A stretch of DNA of 64,000 bases, from NCBI RefSeq assembly GCF_004010195.1, contig NC_057718.1:18757598-18821597 (forward strand). The letters run 5' to 3'. Shown piece after piece: positions 10,470 through 21,849 of the stretch. The notes beneath the pieces are model-generated. The model did no database searches. It saw nothing but the letters and a program-made list of their open reading frames with translations, and had not been told where the DNA came from. Made by a program: the position numbers and the translations under genes. Numbering within the stretch: position 1 is the first letter of the stretch; each line of letters starts with the position of its first letter. This DNA is from Chiloscyllium plagiosum. Its lineage: Eukaryota.

Positions 10470-12289
10470 ATTCATACTTGCACAGAGATACGGTCCTGTC
10501 ACCAAGTCTCCCTTTATTTACTGATGCACAGTATACAGGCTGTGATCAGCCAACTCAGAGTCAGTCCTCAACTGAGGAGATTCTAACTTCTTATTGGTCA
10601 GGCAAGGCTTTTTTGATTGGGGCTGTTAACCTGGATCAATCAAGAGCCTCCCAGTTAACGAGGTTCCAATTACCACATCCCTCCACACCCCAAGTCTGGG
10701 GGTGTAGGCCTGGTCTTTCGCTTGTAGGTTCTTTTGCGATGTTTTTGCCCCAGGTCCAGTTCCTGACTCGGACTCAGACACAGGTCGTGTGTACCGCACT
10801 GTGGCCCATCTCTTGCGTCAGGAATTGTGACAACGGTGTTGAGTCTGCATCCATTTTGGAATCTGAGGTTTCCTTGACACTAGAAGGTGGGGGAGCACCT
10901 GCAGTTTCAGCTGGGCCTTCTGGTTAGTTGGAGGGCCAAGTATGTTTTGTTTCTACCCTATTTGTGAGGTAACAGCTTTTAGGTGATCCATGTGTTTGTT
11001 AGGACTGTATTACCTCCCTGAACTTTGTAAGTCATGGGCCCTGACTTCGCATCAACTTCACCCTATGCCCATATCGGGCCATTTCCATGGTTACAGCATT
11101 AAACTTCATCTCCTGAATTAAATGGTCTCTCTCAATTAGAGGAGGCATTTGGCCAGCATTGGCGTTCCTACTGCCATTTCATCCTTACCCCGTAGGAGGT
11201 TGTGGGGTTTTGCTGTGGGTTGGCTAGGAACCCTCTGCTCATGACATGCCATGCACAAGGCTCTGCAGTTGCCTACAATCACGTTGTGTTCCACAAGCTC
11301 GGTCAGATAGGTGAAAGTTTCCACTTCCATTGGGATGTCCTTTATCTCCTATGCTCCACTTGCCACACTTTCTAATAATAAAACCAATTTTAATGTCTGT
11401 TTGAAGTCCAGTTGGGCCTCAGCTAGAAGGCACTTCTGAATGGTTACATCATTAATGCCATATCCCAAATAGTCCCTCAGCATCTTATTCAGGGTTAACC
11501 AAAAATCACATGCCTCTGCCAGTCATCGTAACCTCGCCAAAAATTCCAAAACAGATACCTCCGGTTCTCTAGCAGCCAAATAAAACTGATATCATCTCAG
11601 GATTAGAGGAGATTTGGGGTAGTAATATTCCTTAACCAACACTGTCAATTCTTGGAAGGCTTTAGTGTCTGGTGCCTCTAGGAAAATTAAACCCCTTATA
11701 ACCAAAAATACTGCAGGTCCACATACAGTCAGAAGAGTTACTCATTGCTTTTTCTTCTGTTCCAATGTAATTTGCCCAGAAAAAATATCACATTGTCTCA
11801 GCATACTGGGCCCAATCTTCAACAGCAGGGTTAAATGAGTTAAGCTTCCTGAATAGAGACATGATGCTAGAAATGCTTACCACAACTCTAAGATGATAGT
11901 TGTAAGCGAACGTTCCTTCGGTACGTCCTGTTTTCTCCTATTGCCACTGGAATAACGTCATCCTTTATTTACCAGTGCACAGAACACGAACTGTGACCAG
12001 CCAGCTCAGAGTCAATTGAGGAGATTCTATATATAGTTATTACCTATTATATATTTTTTGTTTTTCTTTTAATCTTCCAGTTATATATATATTGTGTGAT
12101 CAGTAGACATTTTAGATACACAAAACTCAAAATTAGGGCATGAGAAAATAGACAGATGGTGGTTTCTATCCAATAACAGCAATTTCAGTTATATTGGTCA
12201 GCCAAGGCTTTCCTGATTGGCCCAGGTTAACAACAACCCCAATCAAGAGACTCGCAGTTACTGAGGTCCACTTAATCCCAATTACTACA
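10470..12289 (-). mobile_element. Internally deleted Gypsy-type LTR retrotransposon with both LTRs
   Basis: Direct repeats ~10470-10677 and ~11948-12289 (cagccaactcagagtca / cagccagctcagagtca; caaggctt..tgattgg; caattaccaca / caattactaca). A purine-rich PPT abuts the left LTR and a TGGCAATAG PBS-like site lies at ~11938-11946. Decayed gag (EDWAQY, LLTVCG, REPEVSVLEFLARLR) at 11370-11865. Confidence 0.75.
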
Positions 12290-12589
12290 AAACTACGAAT
12301 AGTTTTAGCCATGTGACTAAAGCTTCAGGAGTCAACAATCAAATAATGAAGTAACTTTGGGGTTCCCTCATCAGAAACTATTGTGTTTTGGGGGAGATAA
12401 ATGTAGAGTTAATTGATTCAATCAATCCACAATGAGATATAGGAAAAGGAGAGACCTTACAGGCCATTGAGCCTTCCTCATCATTCAACTAGATTATGGT
12501 GGAACTTCGACATTAATTCCAATTGCCCATTGTTTTTATGTTGTCAGTCTCAAGATTCCTATCAATTTTCTGACTTGAACATACTGAGG

Positions 12590-14610
12590 GTTCAAAATGT
12601 GCATAAGCGTGAGAGTATAGAACATGCAAGGGGAAACTTTAAAAGGAAATCAAGACATCAAAAAAGGGGACATGATAGAGTAATGGAAGGTAAAATAAAG
12701 GAAATCTTAAATTATTTTATAAGTAAATTAAAGATAAAAAGATAACAAGAGAAAGAGTAGCACCCGATAAGGACCATTGCAGTAATTTGTACATGGAGCA
12801 AGGGTGATAAGCATCTAAATGAGTACTTTGTGTCAGTGTTCACTACTGAAAGGGAAGATGTGGGTCTAGAAATCAGGGAGAATGACTATGATATACTTAA
12901 AGAAATTAACATTGTCATAGGAAAAGTTATGAGTGGTGTGGCAGGCTTTAAAATAGATAAACCTACTGGGTCAGATGACATGTTTCCCAGGTTGTTGAGT
13001 AAAGCGAGTAGCAAAAAAGCAAGGGCATTGACAATAATGTTAATTTCCTTCCTGGCCACAGGAGAAGTGCCAGAGGACTGGAGGACAGCCAATCTGCTAC
13101 TATTATTCATGAAGGGAGCAAGAGATTAATCAAGAAACTACAAGCCAGTCAGTCTAACCTTAGTGGTAGGGAAACTAATAGAAGCAATTATGAGGGACAG
13201 GATTAATCTGCACTTGGAGTGTTAGGGTTTCATCAAGAATAGTCTGCATGGTTTTGTGACGGAGAGCACATGTATGATCAACTTGAATAAATTTTTCTAA
13301 GTGGTCACTAGGTGTATCGATGAAGGCAATGCATTCAATGTAGTCTATTTAGGCTTAAGCAAAGCTTTTGATAAGGTCTCACTTGGCAGACTGATAGCAA
13401 AGGCCCATGGGATTCAAGGAAATTTGGCAAATAAAATCTAAAATTGGGTGAGTGGCAGGAAGAAGAGGGTGAAGGTCAAGGGTTGTTTTTATGACTGGAA
13501 GCCTGTGTCCAGAGGGGTTCCATGGGAACCAACATTGGGGCCCTTGCTGTTTGAGTTATATGTAAACAAGTTAGACTTGAATGTAAGAGGATTGATGAGT
13601 GAGCTGCTAGATGGTACAAAAATTAGTGAGGTGGTAAATAGTGAGCAAGATAGCCTTAGACTATAGGAAGATATGGACTGGCTGGTCAGATGGGCTAATC
13701 AGTGGGAAATGATATTCAATTCAGATAAGTTGAGTTGAGGTACTTGAGCAGAACAAACAAGGCAAGGGACTACAAGATGAATGGCATCACACAGGGAAGC
13801 ACCGAGGATCAGAGGGAACTTGATGTGCATGTTCACCAGTCCCTTAAGGTCGAGAAGGCTATTCCTGATGAAGGGCTTTTGCCCAAAATGTCGATTTTCC
13901 TGTTCCTCAGATGCTGCCTGACCAGCTGTGCTTTTTCAGCACACTAATCTAAACTCTGGTTTCCAGCATCTGCAGTCCTCACTTTTGCCTTATGCTTTTA
14001 TTAGCTGAGGCATAGAGTTAAAGAGTAGGGAGGTGAAGCTGGAACTGTATAAAATGTTGGTTAGACTACTGCTGGAATATCGTATGCAGTCCTGGAATTC
14101 ACACTATAGGAGTGTTGTAATTGCACTGGAGCGGTTACAGAGGAGATTTACCAGGATGTTGTCTGGGCTGGAGAGTTATAGTTATGAAGAGATTTTAGAT
14201 AGACAGGGGCTGTTTTACTTGAAGCAGAGGAGACTGAAGAGCACACGATTGACAATGTATAAAATAATGAGGGCCATAGACACAGTAGATGGGAATAACC
14301 TTTCCCTTTGATGGAAAAACCAATGACCAGGGACATAGCTTTAAGACAAGGGGCAGTATGTTTAGAGCTGATGTGAGGAAAAAAGTTTCACCCAAAGGTG
14401 GTAATTTAAAACTCACGGTCTGTAAGCACAAACCCTCATAACATTTAAGAAGTATTTAGGTGTGAACTAAGGCAAAGACGATCAAGGGCCAAGTGCACAA
14501 CTAAATACTTCTTCAATATGGGATTAGAAAAGGTAAGAGGTTGTTTTTGACTGGTGTAGACTTGATGAGCTGAAGGCCTGTTTTTTGTGCTGTAGACCTC
14601 TATGACTCTC
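12590..14610 (+). mobile_element. CR1 LINE ORF2 (RT), 5'-truncated, decayed
   Basis: LATGEVPEDWRTAN, SKAFDKV, VSRGVP, LERLQRRFTRML motifs and a ctatgactct tail. Interrupted at 13861-13990. Confidence 0.9.
13861..13990 (+). mobile_element. Solo Penelope pLTR unit with degenerate hammerhead and 3' tail
   Basis: attcCTGATGAagggcttttgcccaaaatgtcgatt (two CpG-type changes) followed by ...ccagcatctgcagtcctcacttttgcct. Confidence 0.85.
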
Positions 14611-14864
14611 TAACTATTATTAAAATTTTCGCAAGGACATTGATCAGAATTGCCAGCACAAGTAATTTGACAAAATAGAGAGCCGAAAATGGCGTTAGGA
14701 GGTTGAGATTCTCAGCAAAGTTTTATCGAGGCTAACTGAGGTCCAAAGTTGAATTATAACCTTGAAAGTACTCCCCACATTCTAATGGTATAACAGTAAA
14801 GCTGGGTAATAGCACGAAATTCAGAATTGTTCCATTTTCTCAACAGTTTATGCTTTTACTATAC

Positions 14865-15290
14865 AATGGTGTACTTGCAATGTTATTGGTCTAGTAATTC
14901 AGAGAAAAGTTCAAATCCCATCACAGTAATTTGGGAATTTAAATCCAGTTTAAAGTAAGTTGGAAATAGAGTTATGGAAGCCTTACAGTGCAGATGCAGA
15001 TCTATTGGCCCATTGAGTTTGTGCTATTGGTTATCAGTAAGAATGACCATGAAGCTGTTGGATTGTCACAAAAACCTAACTGGCTCCCTATTGCCCTCCC
15101 ATATCAAATGATTCACATTTAATTGTCCCTTGTTGCAGTCTAGTTAAACGACTTATTTGTACAAAACTATTCACCAGATGGTTTGCAGCAGTTCAAGGAG
15201 AAGATCCACCACCAACTGTTCAGAGCAACTAGAGCTGGCAAATCAATTCTGACCTTGCCAGAGCAATGAATACTTTCAGGGAGAATTAAT
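14865..15290 (+). mobile_element. tRNA-derived SINE family B (old)
   Basis: tagtaattcagag..gttcaaatccca head, atgaccatgaagctgttggattgtc body, LINE-like tail. Confidence 0.6.
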
Positions 15291-15917
15291 TAAAGCAAAA
15301 AGCTACTTCTAATGTCCCAGATTTGTGAAGGAGGTTGATAGTTAACTGCAGCTGAGATCACAGTAAGAAATTTCACTTCTCTATAATGTCATTACAGCAG
15401 GAATCATTTGCAGTCGATTACAGGAAAGTTCTGCCTCCTGTGTAGACAAACCTTACATCTAATAGGCTTCAAACAGTTTGTGTTTCCTTTGAAGCTTCCC
15501 AGTGATATGGATGTTCAGAGCAAAACATTTTATGTATGACTTTGCTCCAATTGAGATTTGAAGGAGCAGGCGGGTGGGCAGTTTGGCCTTTACCAACAGT
15601 ACGTTCGAGCAGAGCCACCAGTTCATATAACACTTAAAACACAGGCCAAGCTTAAAAGATAGATCAGCCCAACCCACCTACCCTCCTCTTCACCATCACC
15701 AAGAAGAGGCTGCTGGCAACATTAGCAGACAAAGTTAAATGTAATTTACTTTAGCAAAGATGAAAAGTAATTTAAAGTAAATGAGTTAGTATCCGAGTGA
15801 AAATAAAGGATCGGCGATTGCCATACAAACATGCTAGGCATTTGAAAAGCACTTAATGCTTGCTCAGATAGATAAATCAATGAAGATGTTTTCTCCTTCA
15901 GAACTCCTTCAGAACCA

Positions 15918-16022
15918 GTTCTAAAGAAAACTCATACCAGACTCAAAACGTTAACTCTATATCTCTCCGCAGGTGCTGCCAGACCTGCTAAGTTTCTCCA
16001 GCATTCTCTGTGTTTGTTTCTG
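15918..16022 (+). mobile_element. Second Penelope-type pLTR family unit, degenerate hammerhead
   Basis: ctaaagaaaactc..agactcaaaacgttaactct...gctgccagacctgctaagtttctccagca has the same layout as the family-1 units. Confidence 0.6.
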
Positions 16023-16178
16023 TTTTTGTGCTGTCACTAATTTTCAGTCAAAGTTTGCCTTTATCCTGCCTAAGGTGATGCATTTTAGGAGGTCTAATAT
16101 AGAAAGGATATATACAATGAGTGGTAGATTCCGAGGGAGTACTGAGGAATGAAGTGTAGAAGTCCATAAATCCCTGAA

Positions 16179-18236
16179 GAAAGTGAGGACTGCAGGTGCT
16201 GGAGATCAGAGTCGAGAGTGCAGAGCTGGGAAAGCACAGCAGGTCAGGCAGCATCTGAAGAGCAGGAGAATCGACGCTTTGAGCATAACCCCTTCATCAG
16301 GAATGAGGCTTGTGGATCGGGGCTGAGAGATAAATGGGAGGGGGATGGGGTTGGGGGAAAGGTAGCTGGGAAAGCGATAGGGGAATGAGGAAGCTGTTGA
16401 AATCCACATTTATCCCAAGGCACAATATGACACGTAGGTGGGGAGTTCCTGGACTAAGGGAGACAGGATGGTGTTGAGGTAGGAAGAGACGAGTTTGGAG
16501 CGACAGGAGCAGGCTGAGACAATGGCTTGACCGGGGCAGTTAGGTTTGTGAATCTTAGGAAGGAGGTAGAATCGGGCAGTGTGGGCTTCATGGACTAAGG
16601 TGGCACGTTCTTGACACCACCCATACCCTTCACCTCCTCCAAGATTTTCTTTTCCCTGGCCCCCAACGCCTCATCTTCACCATGGACATCCAGTCCCTGT
16701 ACAGATCAATCTGCCACGACGAAGGTCTCCAAATCCTCTCACAACGTCCCAACCAGTATCCTTCTACCAACACCCTCATCAGCCTGGCTGAATTGGTCCT
16801 CACCCTCAACAACTTCTCATTCCAATCCTCCCACTTCCTCTAAAACAAAGGTGTAGCCATGGGCACCCGCATGGGACCCAGCTATGACTGTCTGTTTGCC
16901 AGATATGTGGAACAGTCCATCCTCCATGGTTACACCAGCAATACCCCCCCCTGTTCCTCCGCTACATTGAAGACTGTATCAGCGACACCTCGTGCTCCCA
17001 CGAGGAGGTTGAACAGTTCATCAACTTTACCAACATCTTCCACCCTGACCTCAAATTCACCTGGACCATCTCCGAAACCTCCCTCCCCTACTTGGATCTC
17101 TCCACCATCGTCTCTGGCGACCGACTAACCACAGACATAAACTACAAGCCCACTGACTCCCACAGCTACCTAGACTACACCTCCTCCCACCCTACCTCCT
17201 ATAAAAACGCCATCCCTTATTCCCAATTCATCCACCTATGCCGCATCTGTTCCCAGGATGACCAATTCCACCGCAGAAAATTCCAGATGGCTTCTTTCTT
17301 CCATGATCGCAACTTCCCTTCCCACATGGTTGACGATACCCTCCAGTGCATCTCCTCCACTTCACGCACCACCGCCTTTGAACCCCACCCCTCCCAATGC
17401 AACAAGGACTGAAACCCCCAGTCCACACTTCCACCCCACCAACCTCCGCATACAACGCATCATCCTCTGCCACTTCCGCCACTTCCAAATGGACCCCACC
17501 TCCAGAGATATATTTCTCTCCCTACCCCTATCAGCGTTCTGAAAAGAACATTCCCTCCGTGACTACCTCGCTGGGTCCATACCCCCCACCAGCCCACACC
17601 CTACTCCTGGCACCTTTCCCTGTCACCGCAGGAAGTATAAAACCTGTGCCCACACCACTCCCCTCACCTCCATAGAAGGCCCCAAGGGATCATTCCACAT
17701 CTGTCAGAAATTTACCTGTACCTCTACCAATGTCATCTACTGTACTTGTTACACCTGGTGTGGTCTCTCCTACATCAGGGGCACAGGATGCCTTCTTGCG
17801 GATCGTTTCAGAGAACATCTCTGGGACACCTGCACCCACCAACCCCACCGTCCCATGCTGAACACTTCAACTCCCCCTCCCACTCCGTCAAGGACATGCA
17901 TGTCCTGGGCCGCCTCCACCGCCAAATTGTTACCACCCGACGCCTGGAGGAAGAACACATCATATTCTGCCTTGGGACCATGCAAATGCATGGGATAAAT
18001 GAGGAATTAATTAAATGAGGAATGAGGACCCAGCCACCACTGCCCCTCTGACCTATGTCCTATCACCTTTTCCCTCACCTTCATCCACCTATAGCTTTCT
18101 CAGCTACCTTTCCCCCAGCCCCACTCCCCTCCCATTTATCTCTCAGCTCCAAGCCATAAGCCCCATTCCTGATGAAGGGCCTTTGCCCGAAACGTGCTGC
18201 CTGACCTGCTGTGCTTTTCCAGCACTACACTCTCGA
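16179..18236 (+). mobile_element. Neptune-type Penelope-like element: inverted pLTR/RT piece (16179-~16610, minus) + RT, Cys linker, GIY-YIG and pLTR (16611-18236, plus)
   Basis: GVAMGTRMGPSYDCLF, RYIED, YKPTDSHSYLDYTSSHP, KNAIPYSQFIHLCRICS, GTFPCHRRKYKTC, FTCTSTNVIYC..CGLSYI and HFNSPSHS motifs. Hammerhead motifs at 16269-16304 (-) and 18165-18195 (+). Degenerate TSD cataaatccctgaa / catagatcctgaa. Confidence 0.9.
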
Positions 18237-18625
18237 CATAGATCCTGAAAGTAGATAAGTGGAGTGATGAGAAAGGCTTCATTCGCCTGGATGTAGAATA
18301 CCGGAGCTGGGAAGTCTTGCTGCAACCTTATAAAATATTGGTTAGGCCACAGATGGAATACTGTGTGCAGTTCTGGTCACCACACTATAGGAAGGACATT
18401 ACTGCACTGGAGAGGTTGCAGAGGACAGTCACCAGGAGGGGTGTAAAAGTCTCAATCATGAGGAGAGACAGAGTAGGCTAGGTTTGTTTTCTCCAGAGCA
18501 GAGGAGGCTGAGGGGATATCTGATTGAGGGATACAACATTATGGGTATAGATAGAGTAGATTGTAAGACCGTTTTCCATACACAGACATGCCTAAGACCA
18601 GAGGACATTCGTTTAAGGTTAGGAG

Positions 18626-18719
18626 TCGAAAAGTATGGTGCTGGAAAAGCACAGCAGGTCAGGCAGCATCCGAGGAGCAGGAGAGTTGATGTTTTGGGCA
18701 TAAGCCTTTCATCAGGCAT
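18626..18719 (-). mobile_element. ~94-bp solo hammerhead unit with TSD
   Basis: The minus strand reads cCTGATGAaaggcttatgcccaaaacatcaactc...cttttcga. TSD gtttaaggttaggag (18611-18625) / gtttaaggtgaggag (18722-18736). Confidence 0.85.
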
Positions 18720-19059
18720 GTGTTTAAGGTGAGGAGCAAATAGTTTAGAGGAGATCTGAGGAAATTTCTTTTCACCCATAGGTATTCTCAGAACGTTTAA
18801 GAAGCATCTTTATGAGTACTTAAAATGCCAGGGCATCGCAGGCTATACAGCAAGTGCAGTTAAGTGGGATTCATGTCGTTTGGTGATTGTTGATGCCCTC
18901 TATGGCTCTACGACTCTAATGCTGCAACTCAATCTCAACAGCTGAAAGAAGGAAATATATCCATTCATTAAGTGCCTTCACATCCTCATGATGCCTAAAG
19001 TGTTTTGTCACCATTTAAGTATTTTTAGGGTGTGATGCAGGAAAACGACAACGCCTCCA

Positions 19060-19460
19060 AATGTTACAAGGTGCTGGATTCAAGTCCAAGTCCTGCATTT
19101 AAACACAAAAAATCAAGGCTGACATTCTAGTGCAATACAGAGGGTGTATGGTGCCATCAGAGATACTGCCTTTCAGGTAAGATGTTAAACTGAGGCACCA
19201 CCTGACTATGCAGGTGATTGTAAAAGATCGCACGCTCTATTTGAAAGAACAGCACTATCTTGACCAATAATTGTCCTTCAATCAACTTAACTGAAACCAA
19301 AAATATCTGATTATCATTATCGCACTGCTATTTGTGTGAATTTGCTTCAATGTTTTCCTAAATTACAGTGATGGCATTTCAAACTTATTGCATTATTCGT
19401 AAAGCAGTTTGAAATGTCCAGTGGTCAGGAGAAATTAGATACAAATATACATCTTTCTTT
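19060..19460 (+). mobile_element. DeuSINE (SacSINE1-like); further degenerate copy at ~45480-45900 on the minus strand
   Basis: Deu-domain-like gctgacattctagtgcaatacagaggg...gcctttcaggtaagatgttaaactgaggc...gtaaaagatc, followed by an L2-like tail. Confidence 0.7.
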
Positions 19461-20244
19461 TTTCCAATCCTCCATATCACATCTGGTTCACTCTAAGATG
19501 ATGTGCTGTGACATTGCCTGGATTATCATCTGATAAATGATCCTGATGAGATGTTGGGTTTTAATTATTTTTATTCATATCTCGAGATAATTAAACAAAA
19601 TGGTGTGTGTATTATGCAACCATCGGAGAAATTAGTCCAGATAAAGAAATGCTTGCAGTGCACAGAGTGAAATCCTGAGAACTTTATAAAGATGATCTGA
19701 TTGGGTTAGAGTATTTTTCTATTACACTGTAAGACATAGCCTGTTGTTAGGCCAGAAAGATATTATTGGGGGTTGAATCTAAAATCTCTCTCTGTACCAC
19801 AGGCACGCAGCTGTGCTTTACAGACCTTTCCCAGTGCCTTTTAGGCCATTGCAAGGTTTAGCTGACAACATGTCTACAAGATTAATTACCGTTCGTGCTA
19901 AGAGATGCCGTTGGCTCAAGGGCAACATAGAAATTACACTCCCATTTGTCTTCGGAAGGATTGGTTTGAGACGTATAGATTCTAACTTGACCCTATTATT
20001 GACTGACCCCTGTGAGAGAAACGTCCCACCTCTTCCTTAATCTTTTGTTCACAGAGCAGGGTGAATTAGCTAATCTTCCTGCCTCATGAGAAGAGAAAAC
20101 TCATGTACTAATTCATTATATTGTCCAGATTGAAATATCGATCACAGACACATCCAGAGGGAGCCCTGATCCAAGAGTTACTATTAAATATGTTACCTTG
20201 ATGTGTGAAGATTCCCATATCCTGCTACTTTCACAGCCTCTCAG

Positions 20245-20530
20245 GGGGAGGTGGTGGTGTAGTGGTAATGCCACTGGACTAGCAGTGCACATCAACGCTC
20301 TGGGGTCATGAGTTCAAATCCTACCACAGCAAATGGTGGAATTTGAATTCAGTATCAAGCCTTAAATAAAGAGGTTATTAAAAACCCATTTGGTTCACTA
20401 ATGCATTTTAAGAAAGGAAATCTTCCATTCTTGCCTACTTGTACAGATTGACTCTGAGCAATTAGGGATGGGCAATGAATGCTGGCCTAGCCAATGATGT
20501 CTACATATTCTAAATGGTGCATTTAAAAAA
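20245..20530 (+). mobile_element. tRNA-derived SINE family B
   Basis: A box ggtgtagtgg, B box gagttcaaatcc, tail gcaattagggatgggcaatgaatgctggcc. Confidence 0.8.
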
Positions 20531-21149
20531 AAACTTACATCAAATTGAACTCACCCAATCCTCTGTTGTTTATCTTATTCACACCAAATTTCATTCACCA
20601 CCATCTTCTATTTGCTAACCTACTCATTCTTGTTTTTCAATCCTTCCCTGGTGTCCTCCCTATCTCTGTAACCTTCCCTAGCCCTAAAATCCTCCAACAT
20701 CCCTACATTTTTTAAGTTTCTTTGAAAATGCTTTGCATTGGATTCACTGCTGAAAGATCAAAATTCTGGAAATCCTTTCCTAACACCACTTTGGTGACTT
20801 TCTACCAGATGGGCTGTATTGGTTCAAGAAGGCAGCTTACAATCACTGCCTTCTCAAGGGCAAGTACAGACTAGCAATGAATGCTGGTCTTGACATTCAC
20901 ATCCCATGAAAAGAATGAAAAAATATATAGTTGCCTGCAATAGAAAGCTAGATAAGTAGCTGATGGAAAAAGGATATGTTGATATCCTTAGATGAATTAG
21001 AGTTAGAGGGAGTTCATATGGAGCATGAGCAGCAATAATTTGGAACTCAGTCTGTTCCATGCTGTAATTTCTCTGAAGTTTTGTGGGTCTTTTGATCAGT
21101 GATACATTTGCACTCACATATTATTGATTATATTCGTTTAGTGGTATTT

Positions 21150-21434
21150 AGATTAGATTAGATTAGATTACATTACAGTGTGGAAACAGGCCCTTCAGCC
21201 CAACAAGTCCACACCGACCCGCCGAAGCGCAACCGACCCATACCCCTACATTTACCCTTTACCTAACACTACGGACAATTTAGCATGGCCAATTCACCTG
21301 ACCTGCACATCTTTGGACTGTGGGAGGAAACCGGAGCACCCGGAGGAAACCCACGCAGACACGGGGAGAATGTGCAAACTCCACACAGTCAGTTGCCTGA
21401 GGCGGGAATTGAACCCGCCTCAGGCAACTGACTG
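21150..21434 (-). mobile_element. Young HE1 (V-SINE) copy, 5'-truncated with terminal hairpin, nested in a family-B SINE (21135-21770, +)
   Basis: (agatt)n tail and V-domain ggagtttgcacattctccccgtgtctgcgtgggtttcctccgggtgctccggtttcctccc with CpGs intact. The host SINE resumes at aatccagaggccc. Confidence 0.9.
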
Positions 21435-21849
21435 CCCCACGGGACAGTCAATCCAGAGGCCCAGATAATGTTCTGGGGATCCAGGTGTGAATCCTGCCAT
21501 AGCAAATGATGGAATTTGAATGAAATAAAAATCTGGAATTAAGAGTCTAATGATTACCATGAATCCATTGCCAATTGTCGGAAAAACCTAACTAGTTCAC
21601 TAATGTCCTTTAGGGAAGAAGACTGCCATCCTTACTGGGTCTGGCCCACATGTGACTCCAGACCCACACACAAATGGGTTCACTCTTAATTGCTCTCTGG
21701 GCAATTAGGGATAGGCAATAAATGCTGCCTAGCCAGTAATGTCCTCATCTTATGAATAAATTAAAAATAAATCATGCACTCCTCTTAAAAGGAATTTAAA
21801 TCATTCCAAAACAGTCAGCTTTTTTTTTAACCCCTCACCTCCAGCTTAT

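Larger units (their letters stand above)
16040..18920 (+). mobile_element. CR1 3' fragment hosting two Penelope insertions
   Basis: gtgatgcattttaggaggtctaat lies before 16178. The element resumes at 18237 (EYCVQFWSPHYRKD, EQRRLRG) and ends at ctatggctctacgactct. Confidence 0.8.

Noticed and set aside
10418..10927. 169-aa plus-strand ORF
   Set aside because: It spans a SINE end, an LTR and the antisense Gypsy interior, with no recognisable domain.
19541..19580. CTGATGA as another hammerhead
   Set aside because: No stem II and no GAAA follow it.
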